Assembly: GCF_006345805.1 (NCBI RefSeq)
Contig: NC_043006.1
Location: 42,222,001-42,286,000, forward strand
Source: Octopus sinensis
Taxonomy: Eukaryota
Direction: 5' to 3'
DNA: 64,000 nucleotides
Shown: positions 25,921-38,925 of the stretch, piece after piece
How positions within the stretch are numbered: position 1 is the first letter of the stretch
Layout of the letters: every line of letters starts with the position of its first letter
Made by a program: the position numbers and the translations under genes
The notes under the pieces: model-generated
Told to the model about the DNA's origin: nothing
The model's input: the letters and a program-made list of their open reading frames with translations, nothing else
Database searches by the model: none

Positions 25921-26560
25921 GCATTGAAGATTAATACCAAATCCATCATCTGATTACTTAATCAATTATCATTATATGAATATGCATGCACTGACGATTA
26001 AAAAGTGCATTTTGTGCACTAATTATGAAATCATATGATCTGCAGCTGAATCTGTTTTTAAAAGGCTCGCTTCGAAAGTTGCATTCCCTCGTGTTCGGTA
26101 CAATGTGTTTATTATGGTAGTTTTAACTTTAAGAGTCCCCCCTAGCGTGAGGCATTTATGGATAGTAATATACATACGACAATGAAGACTACACTTTGAA
26201 ATTTTCTTCATTATTGTAATGTTTATGCCATCTATATAGTAAGCAAAAATTTAAAATACAATGCTTCAAGGTATAAAACTGAACTTCAGTACACATGAGT
26301 ATGAGTGTCTTTACGCATGCGTCTGTCTATCTGCCTGTCTGTATGAATGCATACGTGTCTATGGTTGCATGTATGAATTCAGAAAAAGTTACTTAATTCA
26401 AAATACAGTTTATTCATTCGTTCCAGGCTAAACCCTCATTCACTTGGCTGCCAGTTTCCTGTTTCTTTTGCATGTTTTTCAAGCGTGCAAGAAATCGGAA
26501 ACTCGGCGTAGTTAGAAAGTAAAGATGTATACTCGATTGGTTGTTGTATATATATATATA

Positions 26561-26618
<58 letters not shown>

Positions 26619-26685
26619 TGTATATATACGCATATCACTTTTGTAAGTAGCGTGAGTGTGCTTGCCAGTATGTGTGTTGTTTGTG

Positions 26686-26767
<82 letters not shown>

Positions 26768-26896
26768 GGTAGGTAGGTAGGTAGGTAGGTAGGTAGGTCA
26801 AAAAAGCAATACAAATCACGCATCGAAAGTTATGATATATATGTATATATGTATATATACATATATATGTGTTTGTGTGTATGTGTGTGTGTGTTT

Positions 26897-26965
<69 letters not shown>

Positions 26966-28021
26966 GAGCTCTCTCTCTTTCTATATATATATAGAGAGAG
27001 AGGGGGGAGAGAGAAAAAGAGTCGTTATGACCACAGAAGTGGTCCAATTTTATTGCACTCTGTCAGCCGGTATTTGCAGGAGTGTTGACTTGGCATTGGA
27101 AGAGAGTCAACTTCCCACATGCAGAAAATGATTAACACTTTCTAGGACAGCACCCTTTATTTCAAACACTGATTTTGCACAGTTTGCCTCGACAGGTGAT
27201 GGTTAGAAGATGACTTATATCGATTCCATTCAAGTAGCGTAGATGGACCACGTGTTTACGATAGAAGATACCCTCGCAATGCACCACGCAGTGGGAGCGA
27301 ACTATAAATCAAGGATTTACGAAAGGATCTTTGAAACAATGTAACCATGCCTGTTTTCTCTTGATATTGCTAACACGGAGCAGAAAGCTAAACGTGATTG
27401 CTACCTTGTAATTTAAATTTATGATTTAAAAAAAAAAAATGTTTTCTCCCTAAGCTATTGTGGCATGTCTAAATTTTCTTTAATTTACGTGAATTACATG
27501 CGTTCGGTCATAGAATTATCATGCTGGAAAATAGTTTAGATAATCGGAGAAAAATAAGCCTGTGATTGCAAAATAAATTATCTTCTAAACATATATATAA
27601 TAAAAACAAAATACGCAAAATGGAAATACATTTTATTTTAACCACACGGAACATTTAATCGCTACACAAATTCCTCAGGAGCTAGAGAATCTATTATTGT
27701 CTATTATGACAGGAAATGGCAAGTCCCTCTATTCCTGTTATTGTTGTTTCTCGTGTTGTTGCTTTTGTTCTTGTCGTTGATGTTGCTGTCGTTGCTGCTA
27801 CTGCTGCTGTTAATGATGATGATGATGATGATGACGATTAACTATCTTTGCCCTCAGTTACACAAGTGAAGTGAGCAATTAACTATCAACCGTTGTATCA
27901 GCATCCACTTATAGTGAACAATAATTAACAGAATTGCTTCCTATAATAGCATTCATGTACGAAAACTTGATATCCACTTGATATTTTCATTATATCCTCT
28001 TCAAGCTGTAGTTATACATAT

Positions 28022-28065
<44 letters not shown>

Positions 28066-28600
28066 ATATATATATATTATATATATAGATATAATTTTTG
28101 TTTCTTCGCTTGCTTATATGTATGTATTTTCTCGTTTATATTTTTCCATAAAATCACAAATATTGAGGCAAATTTTAATCAACGCAGGAATTTATTAAAT
28201 TGGCAACGTTACTACTTGATAATTTCTAGAAGAGGCCTTGGTTAGATTTCTGTTACTGACTCGACGTGTCTTCCAAACTTTATAGATGATGGCTTTTATT
28301 TTGTGAAAACTAATGAGATGGCCTACTGACTAAGTGAATTATGTATTACTGAAATCTTGGAGAGAATCGGAAATTCATATTTAAATATGGCGGAATTTCA
28401 AATTAGCAGCTAGAGCTAATAATCGTATTACTGTATGTAGTTTATTTATAAAATGCAGTGTTAGTGTTATCACAGAACACAGTGACATACTCACCTAACG
28501 GGTGAATAAACTTCAAAGTTAGTTCTCTTCTTGTGATGTATCCCAGAGGATTATGTTTTGATTAATTGCGACCATAATTATATTTTAGCTTTAAGGCGGC

Positions 28601-29063
28601 GAGCTGGCAGAATCGTTAATACGCCAGACAATATTTACGATCATTTCGTCCATCTTTACCTTCTGAAATCAAGTTCCGCCGCGATCGACTTTACCTTTCA
28701 GTTATTCGAGGTCGATGAATTAAGTATCAGTAGAACACTAGGGTCGATGTTGTCGACTGAAACCCTTCTATGAAGTTACTGGCCTTGTGCCAAAATTTGA
28801 AATTTATATTGTCAAGTTGCTAAGACAGCAAGTTGGAAGAACAAAATGCTTAACGGCATTTCTTGCGTTTTCACGTTCTGAGTTCAAATTCCATCGAGGT
28901 CGATTTTTGCCTTTCGTCCATTCGGAGCCGATGCTACCACTCAATATCACTCAAGCACTAAGTTGATGTAATTGCCTAACTCACCAACTCAGAACGTAAA
29001 AACAGACGAAATACTGCTAAGCATTTCGCCCGGGTGTGCTAACGTTTCTACCAGCTCGGCGCC
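28601..29063. mobile_element. Cluster of SINE family A copies (+, +, -)
   Basis: Heads or cores at 28601, ~28830 and 28975-29063 (minus). Confidence 0.7.
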
Positions 29064-29089
29064 TTATATATATTATAGATACATAAAGT

Positions 29090-29300
29090 TAATCCAAACA
29101 AGAATGCACAAAAAAAACACAACAACGCGAGGACGTGGAACAAATATAGTATTATTGGACGCTCAGGAAAGAAGGAAAGAAGGAGGGTTTAACGTTTCGA
29201 GCGGAGCTCTTCGTCGGAAACATAGGAGAAGGAAAGATCCAGAGAAGGGAAGACAGAGGAAAAAAATCGCCAACGGTACACACGAGGTCACATTTTGAAA
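29090..29300 (-). mobile_element. Penelope-like terminal repeat, same family as 13728-13930
   Basis: Near-identical reverse complement of 13728-13930, with the hammerhead-like motif at 29187-29221. Confidence 0.65.
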
Positions 29301-29699
29301 GACCGGAAGACACACACACACACACACGCATATACTGAATATACGACGGTGGGAAACGATTTAACTGAGCAATTTGGGTCAAGATAGAAAAAATAGCGAA
29401 ATCAAGACAGAATTGTGGACACATTGTGACCAGTGATATAGACCAGCGGGGACGAAATGACCGTAAATATTGCCTGGCGTATTAACGATTCTGCCAGCTC
29501 GCCGCCTTAAAACTGAAATATAATTATGGGCGCAATTAATTAAAACATAATCCTCTGGGATACATCACAAGAAGAGAACTAACTGTCCGTCAGACAGACA
29601 GAGAGATGGACAGACAGACAGGCAAGCAGACATACAGACAGACAGACAGACATACAGGCCGACAGGCAGACAGGCAGACAGGCAGGCAGGCAGACAGGC

Positions 29700-29736
<37 letters not shown>

Positions 29737-29745
29737 GGCAGATAT

Positions 29746-29809
<64 letters not shown>

Positions 29810-30558
29810 TGTCTCTGTCTGTGTGTGTCCTTATCTCGTGTAGCTTTTGGAAATAATATAAATCTTAAACTGCAATAATTTTAATTAATATGATCAACTT
29901 GAATTCAGTATCCCTGCTTGGCCGAAGTCCAAGTACTTAAACTAATAAAACACAATAAAGGAATGCATTAAGAGTGGGATAAACAGAGAGAGAGAGGCAA
30001 CAACAGAAAAAGAGAAATGAGTGAGAAATATATACGTACTTACTTAACGTGTACTGGGAGAACAAACACGGTGAAATATGTTTACTTAAGAATAATTTGT
30101 GAGAGATTGTTTCTTCAAATTAAAACTATTTAATTTGAAAATTGATATAAGTAAGAATTAACCATAAATCTTTCTGTGCCTTTCCAATAGTTTGTTTTTA
30201 AGATTTATTGCTAAAGTTAGTCCTCACAAAAGAGAACATACCAGAATGGAATGTTCAAATGTTCTTCAAAGTAACTCAATCTAATCTCCCGCCTTGAGTA
30301 ATTTCTTGGCTAAAATTGATTTAATACAATATTATTAAGATTTGTCTCTTAATGTAAGACCTTACCGTATGTTTGATTAATTCTGTCGTCCTTCGAGAAA
30401 ATGCTGTCGTTTAAGATAAGAGCTAATCTCATTAGTATTCGCTTAATCAACCATGCATTCGACTCTTATATCCAAAGTAAGAGCAATAACGGAAAAGACA
30501 TCGAAGCCTACGACACACATACCTACGTATATAGGTGTGCATACACTGATAGAGACAG

Positions 30559-30637
<79 letters not shown>

Positions 30638-31202
30638 CAGACAAATAGATAGATAGATAGACAGACAAATATATATATATATATACATACATACATACAT
30701 ACATGCGTACATACATTCATAGATAAAGAGACAGAGACAAGAAGACAGGCAGACAGATAGATAGACAGACAGATAGATAAATAGAACAAAGGGAACGATA
30801 GATAAATGTGTTTGCCTACGTGCGTGTGTATGTGTGTGCACACGCACGCGCGTATCTGTGTGTGTGTGCGTGTGTGTGTGCATAACTAGTACTCCGTTGG
30901 TTGCGACGATGAGGGTCCTAGTTGATCCGATCAACAAAACAGTTTTTTTTTTTTTGTGCAATTAACGTGCAAGTGGCTGAGCACTCCACAGTCACGCGAA
31001 TCCTTAGCGTAGTTCTGAGGGAGATTCAGCCTAACACAGAATGGGGCAATACTGGCCCTTTGAAACACATTACCACAGCACTCACTATTGCCAGCTGAAT
31101 GGACTGGAGCAACCTGAAATAAAGTGTATTGCTCAAGCACACGACCTTCCGCTTCCCAAATCATGAAGTTACGTGCCTTCACTGTGTGTATACGTATATA
31201 TA

Positions 31203-31261
<59 letters not shown>

Positions 31262-31416
31262 TCTGTAAAATAGCATAGATCCGAAAGAAGATTGCCCCAT
31301 TCTGTGTTAGGCTGAATCTCCCTCAGAACTACGCAAAGGATTCGCGTGACTGTGGAGTGCTCAGCTACTTGCACGTTAATATATACTGCTCTATGATATA
31401 GAGCAGTATATATTAA

Positions 31417-31520
31417 ATGGGGAAGGCCGGTTTATGGGATTGCATTAGATTTCCCATCCATAAAAGTTTTAACTTTATGACGTATCGTCAGATCCCAATA
31501 CCTGTTGGCCCAAAACCTCT
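31417..31520 (-). mobile_element. Penelope-like terminal fragment with degenerate hammerhead
   Basis: Minus strand tgggat-CTGACGA-tacgtcataaag..cttttatggatgg-GAAA-tctaatgca-atccca. A related copy lies at 13620-13705 (+). Confidence 0.5.
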
Positions 31521-31765
31521 TTATATACGCTTATTAATAATTGAATGACAAAAGAACAGGAGAATTTCGTAATCAACTCTATTATGTTACAGTCGTTTCT
31601 GCTATAAGAAACAGTGAACTCATAACTGAGTTCTTGTGCAACATGTTATAGCTTCCTCAGAGCCAAACAGATGTAAGCTATTGGAGTTCATTAGGTAGTT
31701 CCTGTTTCCTTATCATTCAATAATTAATAATACGCTCTGTACACGCTTAACGCTTTACTCTAATG

Positions 31766-32037
31766 CAGGGGTTCTCAACAGGGGCCATATAAGATTTTGC
31801 AATATAGTAAATTGGGGTTTCACAATAATTTTTCAAGGGCTGTGAAAATGCTGTGCTTCAGACCAGTAAGGTTTATGTACAACAAATATGTTCACACTAC
31901 ACAAAATATTTTAACGTTTTTTATACAATTCTAAAAATACAAAGGATCTTTTTAAACATCGTATGGCTATGGAGGTCCACCCCAGTGAAACAAGAATCAG
32001 AGGGGCCCATAGGTAAAGAAATGGTTGAGAAACACTG
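31766..32037. mobile_element. hAT (Charlie/MER5-like) MITE
   Basis: TIRs CAGGGGTTCTCAAC / GTTGAGAAACACTG with 8-bp TSD ctctaatg (31758-31765) / ctctaaag (32038-32045). Confidence 0.85.
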
Positions 32038-32256
32038 CTCTAAAGCAAATATGCATCGTGTCCTAACAGCTGATTATTTGTATCATTATACCTACGTATA
32101 GACACACACACACGCATACACACGCATATATATATATTGATGCGACTCTACCCAAGACTGTTTTCTCCCCCTATCGTTTTCTATCTCATCCTTTCTCTAA
32201 TTCCTTTTTCTCCCCTTCACCATTGTCTATCTGTCTCTCTCTCACCCTTTCTCCTT

Positions 32257-32298
<42 letters not shown>

Positions 32299-32997
32299 TC
32301 TCACACATGATCATTGTCCATCTTCCTTTTCCTCACTTGATCATCTTTCTTTTCTTTCAGGGCTTTCCTAAAGACTGGACGTATCCTGTCTCTCTCTCTT
32401 CTATCTTTTCTCTTGACAAAGAAAATATTTCTCCATCGTTCGCTATTTTACCGTCGTTCTGGTCTAACGACCCTCGTTCGGCTTCCTTGTATGTCTCCAT
32501 TGTCTTGTTTTTGTTCCCAGATTTGACCCTCCACAATTCCCAAATTTTATTTTGGTACTTATGGAGCAACTGTCTTCGAAGACTCATATTGTCGTTCAAT
32601 GCTTGAAATGAGGAGTAGATAAACAGCCGACAACTGATGAAGGATCGTTCTTTATGTTACTTGTCCTGTTCCATTTGTTTCTCTCGTTGTTTGCGTATTG
32701 AACTCATTGGCTTTTGTATTTCATTTTTTGGTGTTGGTGGTGTCCTGTACCAATATATGCATATATATATATATAATATATATATACACACATACATACA
32801 TACATATACACACATATATATATATATACACACAAACACACACACACAAATATATGTGTGTGTGTGTGTGCGTATGTATATATACAGGAATACAGGAATC
32901 CCTCGCCATATCGTGAGTAGATACATTTGGTCTTTTTACACCTTATACTGTAAGAGAGAATCTTTTTTTATTCGCGGTAAATTGCACCACCGCCACC

Positions 32998-33092
32998 TTC
33001 TTCTTCTTCTTCTTCTTCTTCTTCTTCTTCTTCTTCTTCTTCTTCTTCTTCTTCTTCTTCTTCTTCTCTTCTTCTTCTTCTTCTTCTTCTTC
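32998..33092. repeat. (CTT)n microsatellite, representative of the very many (TA)n, (TG)n, (GATA)n, (CATA)n and (GAA)n tracts
   Basis: Directly visible. These tracts generate most of the low-complexity ORFs in the track. Confidence 0.95.
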
Positions 33093-33958
33093 TCTAATCG
33101 CGTGAAAGCGTTACCGACGGGCTAAGTAACGCAATGACAAGCAGAATTGTTATAAGATATCCACAAAAAATATTTCATTTCGTTTTTTCCTGTTTTCGTT
33201 GTTTCATTTGTTTTGTTTTTGTGAATGAATTGTGTATAGTATTTATTTTAATTTTGTATTCTTCCATTTCGTCTCCATTTGAAGTGAATTGTTTGATACA
33301 CTCTGTTCAACATTTTACATATTTTTTCAAGATTTTAATAATCATTTTTTTTGTCAGATTATCATGAAAAATGCTTATATTTTCATGGATTGAAATATTA
33401 ATTCTAATACTAACTCTATGAAGAATATAAAGACTTTACTATCCTGCAGATTTATTGGGACATTTCTGTAGAATGAGCACTCGTGTAAAACTATAAGGTA
33501 CCATTACGTGAGACGATATCTCATAAAACGTAGTGATAATATTGAAGCAAGTCCCAAATTATTAGCCTATAATCTTTCAGAAAGTGAATATTGTCCAAAA
33601 ATTTATATTCAGAATATTCATATATGTGTGTGTATGTATGTGTATATATATATATATTAATCCATGTAGTATTAGTCAGTTTAAGAATATATTCATTAAA
33701 TTTGGCTGAAATTGATGGTTGAGCGTTTGGTCCAGTCGGATGCGCAAGGAGCCGTCGTAGCGTTGATTTGTGAGTTCGATTCTGGCTAGGGCTAGCTCAT
33801 CATTTTTCGGTCATTTACTTGTGTTCAAAAACTGTACCTTCAAATCGGAGAATATGTATTATTATGGCATTATTATACAGTTATTATGATATTATGAGTC
33901 TTCCATAGTAGCTTTCCCTCCGTAACTTACAAAGCCTTTCTGGTTTGTTTGCAAGTAT

Positions 33959-33992
<34 letters not shown>

Positions 33993-34603
33993 ATTATATA
34001 TATATATATATATATAAAGAAAGAAAAATAACCAGATAGCAAGCATGTAGGCAGATAGGATATTTATATGTAAGTGTATATATGTCTCTATGTATATGTG
34101 TATGTACATATACCTGGATTTCTAATTTAAGGCCAGGGCCAGAGAATCGATTGAATTTATTTCAGTACATGTCAGTTAAATTTTTAATCAACCCTGAAAG
34201 ATTGAAAAGGCAGATTTTATCACTGTCAGATTTGAACTCAGTTTACCAAGAGACGTTACAATATAGTGCAAGGCTTTGGGCCCAGTAGTCCGTTGTTTGT
34301 CTTACATGTTCTCTCGAGAGAGATTGCTCTAAACAACATTGTTTTTGACCAAGGTTAGAGATATTCTATTACGTACAACCGCTTAAATGTTCTGCTATTT
34401 AGTTTCATTATACCACGTTCAGAAATCGTTAAGATCAGCTTTGCCTTTCATTTCTCCGCATTCGATAAAGCAAATACCTGTGAAATAATTTATCATAATC
34501 CCTCGTTTGACAAGAGGGATAGTTAACACTGTGCCTTGCAAACTATTGATACATAACGTAATATTCCCATTTTCTGTTCTTGTCCTTTTCTGTGTCGTTT
34601 CAG

Positions 34604-34798
34604 CTGTCCCCGGAAGGCGTAACGTTGTTAAATACGAATGTTGTCCACAAATTTACTTGGATGCAACTTATACAATTCATATTCGTCGTCGAACTCTATA
34701 TTATGGCTTCAACATCATCATACCGTGTGTGCTTATTTCTGCACTGTCTCTGTTATTATTTATCCTTCCACCGGATGCTGGAGAGAAAATATCATTAG
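34604..34798 (+). CDS. CHRNA7: Alpha7-like nAChR exon (loop C with vicinal cysteines, pre-M1, TM1, M1-M2 linker)
   Basis: Polypyrimidine tract plus cag at 34601-34603, donor G|gtaaga at 34799. The exon is 195 bp (same as vertebrate alpha7 exon 7, from memory) and phase-compatible with the 14317 donor. Translates (A)[64 protein letters not shown](G). YxCC marks an alpha subunit. Confidence 0.95.
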   Translation: MSPEGVTLLNTNVVHKFTWMQLIQFIFVVELYIMASTSSYRVCLFLHCLCYYLSFHRMLERKYH

Positions 34799-35542
34799 GT
34801 AAGATCATTTTTTAATTATTTTGTTACTGAAAATGACGGTGGGTTTGAAAATATCTTGCTGTATTTACTTACGAGCCTTTATGCTCTAAGTCAAAATTTC
34901 TCAATGTGAATTGATCTCAGAACGTATTTTAAGATCATAAAGTTTAAGAACTATACTGAAATGGAAACCTATTAATTTCTACATAATATTGCTGAGAGAA
35001 GGGAGAAAATATTACAGGGGAAACCTTGTGTCACTAGAAAATAGTTAATAGATTTAAATGATGAAATGTGAGATGAAACAATTCCTTGAAATATCGAATC
35101 ACGTATTCAGAGAAGATCACTAGTATGGTAGGCAAACTTTTATTCTTCTATTTTAAGGCGTTCGCCACCAATCTATAGGAAAATTTTGACATTCTGAACA
35201 TTATAACAAAAATAAACATTTGAAAACTAGAGAAACTTTATGGGAAACTTTTTAAAATATGCTACAATCCTCTTATAACATAAGGTGATTGTGTGCGCGC
35301 GCTTTTGCGCGTGCGTGTGTGTGTGTGTGTATGCGCGCGTGTGTGTATGTGTGTATGTGAAGTTGGATTTTTGTTCCTCTTTACTCTCAAGTTATTCTTC
35401 TTGGAGCAGATTTATAATTAGACATAACAAATTCTTTTCTTTTTCTTTTATCGCTATTTTTATTTTTATTTTACATATTTTATCGAGGACTAAATTCTCC
35501 GATATATTCTTCTTTTATTTGAAGACAGAAAAAAAGAGGGTA

Positions 35543-35735
35543 AGCTGGCGGAACCATTGCGAGCCGCACAAAATGTCTAACGACATTTCTTCCGGCTCTT
35601 TAGACTCTGAGATCAACTGCCTTTGCCTTTCATCCCTTTCGAGATCGATAAAATAAGTACTAATTGAGCACGGGGATCAATGCATTCGAATTATTCGCAT
35701 CCCCTAGAATTGCTGGCCTTGTGACAAAATTTGAA
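35543..35735 (+). mobile_element. SINE family A copy (diverged)
   Basis: agctggcggaaccattg...ctgagatcaactgcc...gtcgat-like core and gctggccttgtgacaaaatttgaaa tail. Confidence 0.6.
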
Positions 35736-37309
35736 AACATTTCTAAAACATTTTGAAAACATTTTAAAAATACAATGAAGGAAATTTGACAGCAATTTCT
35801 AGTCATGGTTGAGCAAGCCTAAAAACAAAATAAACAAAAGATATCCACCTTAGCTTAGATTCAAAGGAAGCATTTGGTAATTGGCTACTATTTTTTGCAG
35901 ATCGAGTGTCTACATATGTTGTGTGGACGCTCACAGACGATGAAGTAGGCTAGCCTAATACGTAGATATAGAGGGAGAAGCCTAGACCTCAAGAGAGTAG
36001 AGTGGAATGGAGTAGAGGTCATCCGAACGTGCGACATAACAACATAGAAGGTCACTCATTCATTCGCGTGACTCAGTTTACGCGGATTGTACATGTACTA
36101 AATAATCCAAATTCATACCTCATTTTTCATACAAAGATTACACGAACTTAACTGTACTCTTCCGAAGACATTTAATTAATAAGAATAGTAGAGATATATA
36201 TTAATATCCAGCGTCGTCAAAAGGCATTAATACTTACAAGAGGAGTGAGCATGAGAAACAGTGACGTTGATGGTTTTCCTAAAAACATTAGCGCTGTATA
36301 TAAAATTAAATACCTGCAGCTAAGAATAGAAACGTAGCAGTAAATCGTATAGTGCGCTCGTTTGTATGCGTTAAAATTAATAATAATATCTCAACTATTA
36401 ATAAATAATTCACTCGGAAACATAAATGCTTGCACAAGCATACAAACACATGCACACAAATACACTCACACATACACATACAGATACATATATATACATA
36501 TATATATATGCATATATGTATTTGTATGTATGTATCTATTTATATGTATATTGGGCATATGTCTATATATATGTACAATATTGTACATATTGTACGCACA
36601 CACACACATACATAAATATATATACATATATATATGCTTGCGTATATATGTGTGCATGTGTCTTTCCATCGCTTCATACGGAAACATCCACATGTGTGTG
36701 TGTGTGTGTGTGTGTGTGATTGCTCGGAAGTTATTGTCAATGAAATTAAAAATTGTCAATCGATGGAATTTTTGTCCTCCCGTTTCTCTCATTTACGGTT
36801 TTTCTTTCATCATCTCATTCCTCTTTTCCTTCTCATTTTTCTTCATCTATTTCTCCTCCAGCACCCCATCCTTCCTTCTTTCCTCCTCCCTCCTTCCCTT
36901 TTCCTTCCTCCCTCCTTCTCCTCACCCCTATTAAATATTCACTGCTTAGTTTCTTAGCCATTTAGTCAACCTTTTTCTTTCTTCTTTTCTTCGTGTTTTT
37001 CTAGTTATCATTTATTTTATTCAAACCTATTTTATCTCATTCCTTCTTTTTTGTTGTCTGCATGGTTTTATACATCGGCAAATGATTCTAATTTCCATTT
37101 CTGAAGATTGTTATGACATTTCTAAGACTGTAAGCAGAATTCTAAGTGTTTTGTTGCCGTAAACAATGAGTGAATGAGAGAATGGAACAATGGACCAACT
37201 AAACAACCATTGACGAAAATATGTTCCTTCCATTGTACGAATGATGTTCATGGTGTTGGGTTTTTATTACAACAACCTCTCCCTTTCATTCTCTCTCTCT
37301 CTCTCGCTG

Positions 37310-37371
<62 letters not shown>

Positions 37372-37493
37372 TGTGTGTGTGTGTGTGTGATTGTGTGTGT
37401 GTATAGATATACATACATAGATATAGATTATACACACACACACATATATATATATATACACATATATATGGTATTAAAATATTAAATATATGT

Positions 37494-37526
<33 letters not shown>

Positions 37527-37947
37527 AGTCGTATTAGTATATACATATTTACATAGATACCTCCATATGTGTGTATGTGTGCATGTGAGTGCATGTGTGT
37601 GTCTGCGCGTGTATGTATGTATATGTATGTATGCATGCTTGCATATTTTAACTATCATCTATATCTATCTATTTATAGATAGATATAAATATATATATAC
37701 ATATATATATATACGTATATATATGTGTATGTATATATATGAGTGTATATATGTGTGTGTGTGTATGTATATATATATATATATATGTATATGTGTATGT
37801 ATATGTATGTATATATATGTGTATGTATATATGTATATATATATATGTATATATATGTGTGTATATATATATGTATATATATGTGTGTGTATATATATAT
37901 GTATATATATATATATATGTGTATATATATATATGTGTATATATATG

Positions 37948-37992
<45 letters not shown>

Positions 37993-38505
37993 CTGTATAA
38001 CAGTCATCCTGTGTTTCTGCTTCTTTTTCTTTGTATTTTTCTTCTTGTTCATATTCCTATTCTTCGACGGATTTGTAATTACGACTTCCATGCTTTTGTA
38101 ATTCCATTTTATGGTATTAGATTTTATTGAGTCTTTTTTAATGCCATTTTTCTTTTTTTTTACTTGCGTTCATTTAAGTTAAGGGATAATTGTTTGACCA
38201 GGTTACTTCCATAGAAAAGCGGATTAAGAAACTAACTAAATATATAAATATGTCTATAAAATATGCCACAACAAATTTAATTGAAATATTTATTTAAAAC
38301 ATGTGGAGATGAACATGTTGTAAACAGAAGAAAATTGATGAAGAGAAAATGAATGAGGATGAAACTATGGACAGTGTGATTGGGGAATGGTGGTTATTGT
38401 ATACACCTCTGTATTGATGCAGCAGACATACACATTAATTTACAAAGGTTGATAGATAGATAGATCGATAGATAGATCGATAGATAGATCGATAGATAGA
38501 TAGAT

Positions 38506-38910
<405 letters not shown>

Positions 38911-38925
38911 CGGTAGGTAGACAGA

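Noticed and set aside
32320-32740. Possible Penelope-like terminus (agaaa-ata-tttct hairpin, ctgatgaagg at 32634)
   Set aside because: The core elements do not assemble into a hammerhead and I cannot support the family assignment from sequence alone.
35881-35960. Acceptor-like ttttttgcag as the next (TM2) nAChR exon
   Set aside because: The in-phase translation DRVSTYVVWTLTDDEVG* does not resemble TM2 (TxLLSLTVF). No TM2-TM4 exon was found in the window.
36362-38130. Long low-complexity ORFs ([16 protein letters not shown]), here and throughout the window
   Set aside because: They are translations of stop-free microsatellites, not genes.
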